From: a virus | DNA length: 64,000 nt | IMG/VR virus record: IMGVR_UViG_3300023179_000038 | Location: 1 to 64,000 of that record | Reading direction: 5' to 3' (one strand) | In this document: piece after piece, positions 17,022 through 26,427 of the stretch | How the letters are laid out: the number at the start of each line of letters is the position of its first letter | Position numbering within the stretch: position 1 is the stretch's first letter | Notes under the pieces: generated by a model | Told to the model about the DNA's origin: nothing | What the model saw: the letters and a program-made list of their open reading frames with translations, nothing else | Database searches by the model: none | Program-made: the position numbers and the translations under genes

Positions 17022-17070
17022 ATTATACTCCTCATTTCTGTTAGTTAAATACGATTTTGTTATATTATTA

Positions 17071-17099
17071 ATTATACATTAAATAGACAGTTTTGTCAA
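17071..17099 (-). promoter_or_regulatory. Consensus promoter
   Basis: TTGACA-17bp-TATAAT. Confidence 0.8.
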
Positions 17100-17103
17100 A
17101 ATA

Positions 17104-17706
17104 CTAAAAACAAGTAATTTTACTGACTTCTTCAGCAATAGTCATTGTAATTCTAGATCTTTCATCTATCACTTTATGAAAGTCTTCATACACAAGTCCG
17201 TTACTATAATGTCTGTAATAATTTCTTCTAAAATGAAAATTACAATAAAATATACTTTCTGAAATTTTATTTATATTTTTTATTGTAGTATGTTTTACCT
17301 TTCCAACAACTAATTTGGTAGGAATAACTTTTACAAAAGCATCAGCAGTACATTGACAAACTGCTTTATAAGAAGCAAATATTTCGCATTTATGACCAAG
17401 CGTTTCTGTAGTTTTTACATTTTTTGCAAATGTTTCTTTTACTCTTTCTGTTTCATCTATTATAAATTCTTCAATATTTTCACCAGGTCTTAAGTATCCG
17501 TTTTTAATTAAATTTACTTCGTAGTAGTAATGATAGTCACATAAAAATTTTTTACCATGTGTTCCTTCTATGTATACAAACGCTGGAGCAACACAAGATG
17601 TAGTGGTATTTTCATTAACTTTATGCGCTTCTAATGTTGATAAAGGTAAGTTCATTTTTGCATCAAATTGTTGACAGATTTGTCCTTTTGGTATGCTTGT
17701 TATCAT
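17104..17706 (-). CDS. Hypothetical protein with two tandem C..A.AFV...C..H...IDE repeats
   Basis: Internal duplication resembling the neighbouring 75-aa protein. Confidence 0.7.
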   Translation of the reverse strand: MITSIPKGQICQQFDAKMNLPLSTLEAHKVNENTTTSCVAPAFVYIEGTHGKKFLCDYHYYYEVNLIKNGYLRPGENIEEFIIDETERVKETFAKNVKTTETLGHKCEIFASYKAVCQCTADAFVKVIPTKLVVGKVKHTTIKNINKISESIFYCNFHFRRNYYRHYSNGLVYEDFHKVIDERSRITMTIAEEVSKITCF

Positions 17707-17888
17707 TTTTTTCTATTATCTGTCGAATAAAATCCACTCCCATTAAAAAGTGCTCCCACATTAGAATATACACGAACTAAAGGTCCGTTGCAAGTTTCAC
17801 ATTTATATCCAGGATCGTTATCGTTAATAGATCTTTCCTTAGTATATCTTTTTGCACATGGCATACAGTCATACTCGTACAATGCCAT
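17703..17888 (-). CDS. FmdB-family zinc-ribbon protein
   Basis: YEYDC..C...C..C...RVYS...F.GSGFYSTD. Confidence 0.88.
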   Translation of the reverse strand: MALYEYDCMPCAKRYTKERSINDNDPGYKCETCNGPLVRVYSNVGALFNGSGFYSTDNRKK

Positions 17889-17891
17889 TTT

Positions 17892-17996
17892 TTATTTTTT
17901 CTTTGCTTTTACTGTCCAAATTGGAGCGAGAAGATTATCTCCACCCCACTCATAACCAAGCAATTTAACAACAAATTTAATAATCTTAATACGCAT
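17892..17996 (-). CDS. Hypothetical 34-aa protein
   Basis: Read manually; TAATG coupling with the upstream gene. Confidence 0.5.
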   Translation of the reverse strand: MRIKIIKFVVKLLGYEWGGDNLLAPIWTVKAKKK

Positions 17997-18208
17997 TATT
18001 TAACTCCTTTACCAAACTTTGCCCAAACTCTTTCGTGAATGTAATAGCCTATTGCTTCCCATCCAATATAAATTAGTGCACCAAGACTTGCATACTCCCA
18101 TTCTCCTGTAAACAAATAGATTACGCCAGCAACACCAATAAGATGAAATGTTTCCCAACTTAATGTTTTGATTATACTTTTTTTGTTTGATTCCATTTTA
18201 TCCTCCAT
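17996..18208 (-). CDS. DUF2061-like membrane protein (second copy)
   Basis: KSIIKTLSW...YYIHERVW. Confidence 0.7.
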   Translation of the reverse strand: MEDKMESNKKSIIKTLSWETFHLIGVAGVIYLFTGEWEYASLGALIYIGWEAIGYYIHERVWAKFGKGVK

Positions 18209-18232
18209 AGACTATACATAAATTATACCAGG

Positions 18233-19657
18233 TTATCTTGTAATTATAAAGTTGTATTCTTTTTCCCATGCCTGAATATCTATTTCATCATTAAGCAACG
18301 GCTGTCCTTTAATATTAAGACTAGTATTAAGAAGAATTGGAACACCTGTTAATGTATACCAATTTGACAACACTTTATGTAATCCTTGATGTTGAATCTT
18401 ATTTACAGTTTGAACTCTAGATGTTCCGTCTCTATGAACTACTGATGGTATTTTGTCTGGTTGTAAACACTTAACAGCATACTGCATGTATGGTGAATCA
18501 AAATCCATATCAAACCATTTGTCTGCATACTCTTCAAGCACTACTGGGGCAAAAGGTCTAAACAATTCTCTTTTTTTAATTTTATTTACCTGATCTTTAA
18601 TGTTTGGATCTCTTGGGTCTGCTAGAATACTTCTATTTCCCAACGCTCTTGGTCCATACTCTGCTCTTCCAGTCGCTACCGCTACAATTTTATTTTTAAT
18701 TAATTTATTTATTATTTCAGATGCTGGATATTGTCCACCAAGATCAAAACCTAAATATGGTGATTGCCAATCTAAATGTTCTCCGTATAGTGCTGCTGCT
18801 GCACCCAAAGATGATCCAGCATCTCCAGGGTTTGGCATAATCCATACATCATCAAATATATCCCACAACATTGTGTTGGCTGAACAATTTAATGCACAGC
18901 CACCCATAAACACTAATTCATTCTTACCTGTAATTTTTTTAGCGTGAATCATAAAATCAAATAGTCTTAATTCATATACCTTTTGAACTGCTGCTGCAAT
19001 ATCAAACTTATCCTGCTCTGTTATTTCTTGTTCCCAGTCATGTATTCCTTTGTGAAAATTATATGATTGATAATATATTGAAGGAAAATAAGATGAAACT
19101 TTTTGATAATATTTTTTCCAGTCACCATACGCAGCCATACCCATCATAATATATTCTTCTTGGTTTGGCATCAATCCAACTAATTTAGTAAATGCGGAAT
19201 AAAATAGTCCAAAACTAAATGGATAATTTATTTTTTCTTTTAAGATAATTGAAGATCGCTCTCCAATCCAAATTGTAGATGTATTATATTCTCCAATTGA
19301 ATCTAACACTACAATAACGGCGTCATCAAATTTGCTTGTATAATACCCTGCTGCTGCATGGGAATAGTGGTGTTTAAATGATATTTTTGGAATATTATCT
19401 AAATGAAAGCGTGGCTTCCAATCTCCTAAACCACCCCTAAAAAGCAGCCTAGAGGCTTTTAAAAGGGGTTTCTCATAGTAGGCAACATAATCGGGCATGC
19501 CATATTGCAAAGCATCTTTTATTAAACTATCATTGAGGTACCAGTCATTTTTTTGTTTGCTATATCGCTCTGCATGACCAGCAAATAATATTTTATTATT
19601 TTCAATTAGTGATACTGAAGCGTCATGAGATGTTTCATTAATACCAAGAATTCGCAT
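18233..19657 (-). CDS. Carbamoyltransferase (NodU/CmcH family)
   Basis: HDAS, ERYSK.KND, HHYSHAA, GGCALN, EYGPRALGNRSILADP, FRPFAP and LNTSLN motifs. Confidence 0.95.
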   Translation of the reverse strand: MRILGINETSHDASVSLIENNKILFAGHAERYSKQKNDWYLNDSLIKDALQYGMPDYVAYYEKPLLKASRLLFRGGLGDWKPRFHLDNIPKISFKHHYSHAAAGYYTSKFDDAVIVVLDSIGEYNTSTIWIGERSSIILKEKINYPFSFGLFYSAFTKLVGLMPNQEEYIMMGMAAYGDWKKYYQKVSSYFPSIYYQSYNFHKGIHDWEQEITEQDKFDIAAAVQKVYELRLFDFMIHAKKITGKNELVFMGGCALNCSANTMLWDIFDDVWIMPNPGDAGSSLGAAAALYGEHLDWQSPYLGFDLGGQYPASEIINKLIKNKIVAVATGRAEYGPRALGNRSILADPRDPNIKDQVNKIKKRELFRPFAPVVLEEYADKWFDMDFDSPYMQYAVKCLQPDKIPSVVHRDGTSRVQTVNKIQHQGLHKVLSNWYTLTGVPILLNTSLNIKGQPLLNDEIDIQAWEKEYNFIITR

Positions 19658-20322
19658 TATTCTTCTCCAGTTGATTCTCTTTTATTTGCAAAAGAAATGT
19701 TGTGATACCAATTTGGCAAAGCATATCTAGGCCCTTTTGTAACTGGATAAACTTCGTGTACATATAAAAAATTTGATGGGAAAAATAAAATACTACCAGC
19801 CTCTGGCTTAAATTTTAAATTAGAATGTTTAAATTCAATTTCTCCACCCTCATAGTCATCATTCAAATATAACAATACAGACAAAACCCTACTACTTATT
19901 CCCTGATCTTGATGTGCTGGAAGATGTCCTGATTCATTGTATTTTAATAGGTGCATTGTTTTTTCTCTTGATTTAATATTTTTTGCAGCAAACGGATAAA
20001 TTTCTGTTGAGTAATGGTTTAATGTAATATCTAATGAACCAAAAAGTTCGGAAGAAATATGTTTTTGTTCTTCTAAATAAATATCATCAAGTGGTATATC
20101 TTCAACTTGTGGTATAAATTTCTGCAAACAAAAATTTAATTTATTACTTCCTTCGCCATATGTCCAAGGAATCCAGGGCCTTACAATTGTTTTTTTATAA
20201 TTTTCAGGAAAAGAAAGAAATTTTTCATTTAATAACTCAATTTTATTAATTAGTTCATCAGGGTTATTTACAATATTTTTGTAATAAACCATGCCAAGAT
20301 CAAGTATTTTATATTCTAACAT
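19657..20322 (-). CDS. 2OG-Fe(II) oxygenase, P4H-like
   Basis: HQD, YLNDDYEGGE, HEV, RY. Confidence 0.9.
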   Translation of the reverse strand: MLEYKILDLGMVYYKNIVNNPDELINKIELLNEKFLSFPENYKKTIVRPWIPWTYGEGSNKLNFCLQKFIPQVEDIPLDDIYLEEQKHISSELFGSLDITLNHYSTEIYPFAAKNIKSREKTMHLLKYNESGHLPAHQDQGISSRVLSVLLYLNDDYEGGEIEFKHSNLKFKPEAGSILFFPSNFLYVHEVYPVTKGPRYALPNWYHNISFANKRESTGEE

Positions 20323-20382
20323 TAGTATATAAACCTATTTTGATCTTTATTTTTTTTCATTTGTCTTAATATAAAATATGTT

Positions 20383-20988
20383 TTAATTTTTTTTATTATG
20401 TTTTTCATAATATAATGCCTCCCATCTTAAATTTTTATTTTCTTCAATAAAATCTGGATCTGCATGTTCTGGAATGCTAGTGTGCATATAAAGCGCCGTG
20501 TGCCTATGCCCTTCTGTAATTTCTGTTATACCATGAATGTATTCTGATCCAGCACTTGGAAAAAAAACCGCAGAGTATTGTTTTGGCCTATATATAAAAT
20601 CTTGATTTGGAAAATAAATTTCTCCTCCATTATATTCTGAAGAATCATTTAAATATATAATTGTGCTCCACTCAATAAATGGCTCTGGGCCTTGTGCATC
20701 TATATGCAAATCTCCTTTTGTTCCTTTAGTCCAATGAGATCCAAATGCTTTAAAGGTGTATATTGGATTAACAAAACCATTCAATTCTCTGTGCTTTTCA
20801 TTTGCAAAAATAGAATATTTTCTTAATATACTAATAACATTTTTATTATATGGAAAGGCGGTACCACCGTATCTTTTTTTGTAATATTCTGGATATGGGT
20901 TTGTTTCACTTGGATTTAATTGCTCATCAATCAAAATTTTTGCATCTTCTTTACCTATAAAGTTATCAATTACATTAATTCTGTGCAC
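20383..20988 (-). CDS. 2OG-Fe(II) oxygenase, P4H-like
   Basis: HID, YLND..Y.GGE, HGI, R. Confidence 0.9.
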   Translation of the reverse strand: MHRINVIDNFIGKEDAKILIDEQLNPSETNPYPEYYKKRYGGTAFPYNKNVISILRKYSIFANEKHRELNGFVNPIYTFKAFGSHWTKGTKGDLHIDAQGPEPFIEWSTIIYLNDSSEYNGGEIYFPNQDFIYRPKQYSAVFFPSAGSEYIHGITEITEGHRHTALYMHTSIPEHADPDFIEENKNLRWEALYYEKHNKKN

Positions 20989-21048
20989 AAGTTCCTCCGT
21001 TGCTAAATATAAATTTGATCGATGTGCCTATCTCGTTATTCTATTATA

Positions 21049-21873
21049 CTATAAAACTTCAATTTTATTATATCCAGAATGAAATTTTAATGTATTAGCG
21101 TTATCAATTGATATACGCACATCTGAATATGGAACATCATTTATCTGATATGGCAATTTTGGAATAGTAGACACCTTTATTTTATGAAAACTTTCAAATA
21201 AATCATTATTTAAATTATTAACAATATCAATCATGTCATTATATCCATGCGTTTTGGAATATGGATAATACATAATGTCCTGATCTATATTTTTTATTTT
21301 ATAGAATGTAGAATTCATAGAAAATATTTTGATTCCTTTATTAAGAGAAAGAATTGAGGCAAAAAGTTCTTGTCCATAATGTTTAAGACAATTTAACTGA
21401 TTTAAAAAAATTGAATCTTTTTGTTTTAAAAAAATTAAATCCATGTCAATCAAATTTGACTCTAATATTACATCGTTATACTTTTTATTAAATACAAGAT
21501 TGTTATTTTTTACTGATATATTTTTAAAAAAATTTCCAGATATAATTGTATTTTCTTTTAATGATTTAATAAGTAGGCTATCCCACTCATTAGTAAGTGA
21601 TATATTTGGTGACAGTTCTAAAAAATAGTCTGCTCTTTGATCAAACAATACGTGTTTTCTATAAAATGGTATTCCCTTTGTATCATCCCATGAAATATGT
21701 CGATAAAATGTATTATTTATTGATTTAAAGTTATAAGATCTATCTAATGTGTTTTGATCAAATATATGATAAATAATCTTATTTTCATGACTTTCGTTAT
21801 TTATTATAGAAAGAATGTTTTCTAATAAATCTTTTACCTTATATGAATAAATAAATACATTTATCGAATTCAT
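21049..21873 (-). CDS. Glycosyltransferase, GT-A fold, resembling GT60/Gnt1-type GlcNAc transferases (divergent)
   Basis: I.V.I.SY...L...I...Q...G...R...YFL.L......WD..LI pattern. The DSH motif is degenerate (SPN). Confidence 0.5.
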   Translation of the reverse strand: MNSINVFIYSYKVKDLLENILSIINNESHENKIIYHIFDQNTLDRSYNFKSINNTFYRHISWDDTKGIPFYRKHVLFDQRADYFLELSPNISLTNEWDSLLIKSLKENTIISGNFFKNISVKNNNLVFNKKYNDVILESNLIDMDLIFLKQKDSIFLNQLNCLKHYGQELFASILSLNKGIKIFSMNSTFYKIKNIDQDIMYYPYSKTHGYNDMIDIVNNLNNDLFESFHKIKVSTIPKLPYQINDVPYSDVRISIDNANTLKFHSGYNKIEVL

Positions 21874-21876
21874 TTT

Positions 21877-22536
21877 TTATAATGGGAAATAGTGTTGTTC
21901 ATTTGCATTGCCTCGTAAGGCCTTTAATGGCGTTATATCATATGCAATAGTAATTCGTGGACCTTCCCAATCCCAGTCTGCCATAGCATGTGGATGCCCC
22001 ATCTCAGAGACAACCAATCTATTGTCTATGTTTTTATTTTCAAACTTTTGGTCATCTTTGTTATCAATCTTGTACCATGTTGATGATGGCTCTGCTTTAA
22101 CACAATAGTAACCATGAAAGAATGGTGCCCAAGGGCCACCATGATCATGCCAGTCTAACTTACCCTTGCCCTTATGTGTAATATTAAACCAACCCTGAAT
22201 CATGTATTGTTGTTCTTCAAAGTTTATTCCATAATATTCGCATGCTTCTTTTACGGTTTCTCTAACGCCAATAAAAAGTTTATAAATTTCTTCATTGTAA
22301 AATTGAAACACATTATATTCTTTCCATTTTACAGTTGAAAGGCTACCACTTTCAAGCCAAATCTCTCTTCCATATTCTCCCAATTTGCTTACACCTGGAA
22401 CTTTTGCTTGCTCTATTTGATCATATTTTAGTTCTAAAAATTTAGACAACTTATCTAGGTCATTATCTAAAAACTTTTCAAAAAACTTGTGTGGCTTGTT
22501 ATATCTTTTTGGTGTTAAGTATATTGCATTTTGCAT
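21877..22536 (-). CDS. Putative 2OG-Fe(II) oxygenase (HxH type, TIGR02466-like)
   Basis: QGWFN, WHDH, HGYY, HPH and RITIAYD. Start set at MQNAI. Confidence 0.75.
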   Translation of the reverse strand: MQNAIYLTPKRYNKPHKFFEKFLDNDLDKLSKFLELKYDQIEQAKVPGVSKLGEYGREIWLESGSLSTVKWKEYNVFQFYNEEIYKLFIGVRETVKEACEYYGINFEEQQYMIQGWFNITHKGKGKLDWHDHGGPWAPFFHGYYCVKAEPSSTWYKIDNKDDQKFENKNIDNRLVVSEMGHPHAMADWDWEGPRITIAYDITPLKALRGNANEQHYFPL

Positions 22537-22577
22537 GTTAAGTCCTATCCCCCTAGTTAAATTAATTATATCACTAA

Positions 22578-23315
22578 CTAATACTGCTTTTTTTGCCATG
22601 TTGTTTTTTTATAGTGTGCGGTTATATGTGTCCTTCTTTTTTCTTCTCTTTCTTTATTTTGCCAATATTTTTCTTCAGATACATCTATGTCCAGTTCCCA
22701 ATCTTCCCTTTTGATAGGAATCATCTGAAATAAAGGCGTACCTTTTGGGATTATTCCAACAAATCCACGTTTTAAAAAAAATGGGATAAATGTTGGAAGA
22801 CCCCAAATGTCTGTATCAACTATAGCAGAAGAACAGTAAAATGGCAAATCATATCTATTTAATGGTGTTGTAAATAGCAAAGAATATCCAGGTGGCGTTT
22901 CTTGATACCAGGTCATTTTCCAACCAAACTGAATGGGATAGCATTCTTTTGGTATTGGTATGTCTACTTTGGGTCTTGTATCAATAATGTGATCATTACT
23001 TTTCCAACTTATAGAAGGTTTTTCGTTATCATTTATATCAATAAAAATATCTTCTGGTAATAAATACATATAGCCAGAAATTAAAGCATCTAAAAATGGT
23101 GGGCATAACTTTGTTGCTACATCCGAACCATCTTGCCCTCTATCATTTACTGGGTGTAAAAACCTTATATTATTGCTAGATGCACCATTATATCCAGCCA
23201 AATCTTTATACCAGTCTGGAATTACTTTTAATGCCTGCACTGGTGGATTTTGATATGAATTACTATTTTGTGATTGTGAGGTTGTAGAAAAAGTTATTTT
23301 TTTTCTATTTTTCAT
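22578..23315 (-). CDS. Conserved phage protein often found beside 2OG oxygenases (KxCP.F.D....GY; TPPGYS; VDTD)
   Basis: Motif recognition; possibly DUF6065/dUTPase-like fold. Confidence 0.65.
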   Translation of the reverse strand: MKNRKKITFSTTSQSQNSNSYQNPPVQALKVIPDWYKDLAGYNGASSNNIRFLHPVNDRGQDGSDVATKLCPPFLDALISGYMYLLPEDIFIDINDNEKPSISWKSNDHIIDTRPKVDIPIPKECYPIQFGWKMTWYQETPPGYSLLFTTPLNRYDLPFYCSSAIVDTDIWGLPTFIPFFLKRGFVGIIPKGTPLFQMIPIKREDWELDIDVSEEKYWQNKEREEKRRTHITAHYKKTTWQKKQY

Positions 23316-23967
23316 GTAATATCCGCTTCGCTAATTTTTTATCTTTAATAATTATATCACATATAGGGCTTTCTACATTTATTATGCCAAATATATCTCC
23401 GTTAAATTCTTTTATATGTTCTCCAGTATTTTTAATAAAAAAATGAATAAATCCTACATCCCATATGTCTTTATCTCTGTTTATTTTATTAAATACAATA
23501 GTATCGCTATGAATAAAAAATACAGAGTTAGGTACTTCTTGTATTTTTGCCTCAACATCTGCATCAACTATCCATGGAATATAAAACTTATACATTGCGT
23601 CAAACGTTCCAATAGGTGCTTTTACATCTAAGTTTGATGGGTAAAATTGTCTTTGCATAACTTTGTCTAGTGCATATATTCCATTTGGTTTTTTTTCAAA
23701 CCATATTTCTGCATGTGTTTTATATCTTAAAATAACTGTATCTTTTTCACAAATTATTTCTGGCTTATAAGAAAAAATTTTTGCATACTCATTTGCTGGT
23801 TTTAATACTTTATCTGAATAACCATTATCGAGTAAGGTTTTAGAAAGTTTCCATTTATCATATTGCAAAATATTATCTTTGCATATTTCACTAAACGTTT
23901 TTAGTTCAGAATTAACCCAATACTCTGAGCCAATTCTTCTTCTGTTTAAAAAATTGTTTAAGTCCAT
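23305..23967 (-). CDS. Hypothetical protein
   Basis: ORF track; overlaps the next gene. Confidence 0.75.
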   Translation of the reverse strand: MDLNNFLNRRRIGSEYWVNSELKTFSEICKDNILQYDKWKLSKTLLDNGYSDKVLKPANEYAKIFSYKPEIICEKDTVILRYKTHAEIWFEKKPNGIYALDKVMQRQFYPSNLDVKAPIGTFDAMYKFYIPWIVDADVEAKIQEVPNSVFFIHSDTIVFNKINRDKDIWDVGFIHFFIKNTGEHIKEFNGDIFGIINVESPICDIIIKDKKLAKRILHEK

Positions 23968-23994
23968 ATATCTATTTTACCAAAACACAACTTG

Positions 23995-24067
23995 CTGGTC
24001 TAGCAGGTCTCGATCCTGCGACATCTCGATTAACAGTCGAGTGTTCTACCAACTGAACTATAGACCA
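23995..24067 (-). tRNA. tRNA-Asn(GTT)
   Basis: Acceptor TGGTCTA/TAGACCA, anticodon arm CTCGA-CTGTTAA-TCGAG, atypical T-loop ATCGAGA. Confidence 0.92.
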
Positions 24068-24068
24068 A

Positions 24069-25064
24069 TTATTTAACTGTGGATAACTCATAAAAAAATT
24101 CTGCAATATGATAGTGAAAATGGATTCCTGGATGAGCACGATCTGATGTTTTTTTATAATTTACAATAGAGTAATCAGATCCTTTTGTCCAGCATATATT
24201 GTCTTTAAATTCAGAATTATGAAATGAATCACATTGTGTTGCTACAAAATTATCAAGATTTTTTGGCTTATCTTTTGACATAAAAGGTACAAAATTTTTT
24301 AATTTAAAGTCTTTAAGTTTTATTAATTTTTCCATAATAAAAGAACTTGGAAGGTCCCATGTTGTCCAGTATAATTTTATATTATTTGACAAACAAAATG
24401 ATTCTAAAATATAAATATTATTTACAGCATTTAAAATTAATTGATGTGGAGAAATCGAGTCTTCTATATATTTTTGATCTTCTATTTTCATAAAAATAGA
24501 ATTTTTGTATAACTCAACTGTTGGGCTACAAAACGTAAGTTGTAGTATATTTTTTTGTTCAATTCTTTTGTCTGGTATTTTTGGCTTATAAAATTCTCTA
24601 TCTACTACAACCATACGTCTAAAAAAATCTGGAAATAAACAAAAAACTTCTTTTGGCATTTTATTATTCATGCAATATTGAATAATATTATTACAAATAG
24701 TTTCTACAGATCCTCCAGGATTGCCCAAGTTCATAACATCTTTATTGGCTAGATTTCCTAAAAAATTTGTCCATCTTCCCTCTTCTGGAACTCCAATACC
24801 AAAGGTAATAGAGCAACCTGATGCAAGAATATCTGAATCTTCATAAACTTTTCCCCGTAAGCCAAGGCTATTAATTTTATATGTATTGTATTCATCTATT
24901 GTCCCTGTATAAGGATCACCGCTTGGTTTTGAATATACAACATTTTCAGCATACGGTTGATAAAAACCAACTTCTTTGGTATCTTTATAATATTTTGCTA
25001 AATACGAGTTATTTTTTTGATTAAACTCATAAAAACTTAAGATATCTTTTGTTAAAAAAGCCAT
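24069..25064 (-). CDS. SGNH/GDSL-like hydrolase-fold protein (paralog B)
   Basis: Clear paralog of 9156-10169 (GCSITFGIGVPE, IEDSISPHQLILN, AHPGIHFHYHIA). Confidence 0.65.
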   Translation of the reverse strand: MAFLTKDILSFYEFNQKNNSYLAKYYKDTKEVGFYQPYAENVVYSKPSGDPYTGTIDEYNTYKINSLGLRGKVYEDSDILASGCSITFGIGVPEEGRWTNFLGNLANKDVMNLGNPGGSVETICNNIIQYCMNNKMPKEVFCLFPDFFRRMVVVDREFYKPKIPDKRIEQKNILQLTFCSPTVELYKNSIFMKIEDQKYIEDSISPHQLILNAVNNIYILESFCLSNNIKLYWTTWDLPSSFIMEKLIKLKDFKLKNFVPFMSKDKPKNLDNFVATQCDSFHNSEFKDNICWTKGSDYSIVNYKKTSDRAHPGIHFHYHIAEFFYELSTVK

Positions 25065-25077
25065 ATTTGATTATATC
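25007..25077 (-). repeat. 71-bp inverted repeat, copy B
   Basis: 70/71 identical to 9143-9213. Confidence 0.9.
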
Positions 25078-25081
25078 ATAT

Positions 25082-25882
25082 TCATATCTTGTAATTATAT
25101 TCTTTAACAAAATTTAAAATTTCTTTAATATCTTTTTTATTCCAAACAGAAAACCAAGCAGAAAACATTATTTGTGTAATTCCTTTGCTTCTAAGTTTGT
25201 CTATTATGATAGTCAATTGATCATAAGTAAATTTTACATACTCTGAAGGGATTTCTATAACTCCTTCATATCCATTTAAATTATCTAACTCTTCTTGTGT
25301 TTTTCTTATAATTGGTTTAAAATACATCATAACTTGCTTATCTAATATTTGTTTATCTGATATATTGTATTGATTGTTTATATACTGATGATATGGAATT
25401 ATTATTTTGTTATTATATTTTGATGCAGTTTCAAAAGTAAAATTATTAGTTACCGATACATAGTAGTCTGGTTTTTCTTCTTGTGGTATTTGGCTTAATA
25501 AGTCAATATATTCTATAAAGTGATTAGATTTTTTTGTGTTTGACTTGTTTGTTATTGGACCTAAAGTTTTAGACATTTTTTGTTCTGTAAAAACTTTATT
25601 ACCAGATACTAAATTTATTTGTAGCCTATTTTCTTTAGAAATTTCCTTAATAGATTTATCTATTTTAACTAAATACTCTGGTGACAAAACATATGGCCTA
25701 ATAGCAACCATATATTTAATTTTTTTATGAATATCAAGATCTCTCGCTATTTTTGTAAAAAAATCAGAGCGCAATGGGTTATAAGGAAAAAGATTTCCAG
25801 TAAAGCCAATATCTTCCATTTGAGTGAGTAGATTGAAATCTTGATTAATTAAATAAAAATCTATATTATTTAAAGTCATCAC
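25082..25882 (-). CDS. Luciferase-like monooxygenase-family protein, divergent
   Basis: IKYMVAIRPYVLSP.Y...RLQINLVSG resembles SsuD-type LLM motifs. Confidence 0.7.
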   Translation of the reverse strand: MMTLNNIDFYLINQDFNLLTQMEDIGFTGNLFPYNPLRSDFFTKIARDLDIHKKIKYMVAIRPYVLSPEYLVKIDKSIKEISKENRLQINLVSGNKVFTEQKMSKTLGPITNKSNTKKSNHFIEYIDLLSQIPQEEKPDYYVSVTNNFTFETASKYNNKIIIPYHQYINNQYNISDKQILDKQVMMYFKPIIRKTQEELDNLNGYEGVIEIPSEYVKFTYDQLTIIIDKLRSKGITQIMFSAWFSVWNKKDIKEILNFVKEYNYKI

Positions 25883-26424
25883 CTAATTAGTCCAAGTTTT
25901 GGTCTAACTAGATCTGAGCCAGCAAATTTAAACCATAATGTGGCAGAATATCTTTCTTTGTCAGTATTTTGAAGCACTTCATGCCAATAATCAGCATTGC
26001 TAGGAAATGTAATAAAACTATTAGCCTTTGGTTTAATCTTTAAATTATGATCCATAAAATTAATTTCTCCACCACCATAGTCATCATTAAGATAATATAT
26101 TGCTGCAAAATCTCCTGCTGTATCTGCATGTTCGTTCATTTTGTAATCTTTTTCAAATTTAACTAAAGGCACCTGTCTATTTTTAAAAGGATAAAGATCT
26201 GCATTATAAAGTTTTGTACATTTTTCGTAAGCAAGTAAAAAAACTTTATCCAATAAATTAATGATTTCTTTTGGCATTGCGTTAGGTGAAAGCGTTTTGA
26301 CTCCCCAAGGCTGTGTATCCCAAGAATCAACGCTTTGTGCATAATCAAGCAATTTTTTATGATCTTCTTTAGATAAAATTTTTTCTGTAACCTGTATATT
26401 ATTTACAGAATTTCCTATTGTCAT
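25879..26424 (-). CDS. 2OG-Fe(II) oxygenase, P4H-like
   Basis: HAD, YLNDDYGGGE, HEV, RY. Confidence 0.9.
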   Translation of the reverse strand: MTIGNSVNNIQVTEKILSKEDHKKLLDYAQSVDSWDTQPWGVKTLSPNAMPKEIINLLDKVFLLAYEKCTKLYNADLYPFKNRQVPLVKFEKDYKMNEHADTAGDFAAIYYLNDDYGGGEINFMDHNLKIKPKANSFITFPSNADYWHEVLQNTDKERYSATLWFKFAGSDLVRPKLGLIR

Positions 26425-26427
26425 TTT

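Noticed and set aside
23879-24076. 65-aa + strand ORF
   Set aside because: It is antisense to tRNA-Asn and a real gene.
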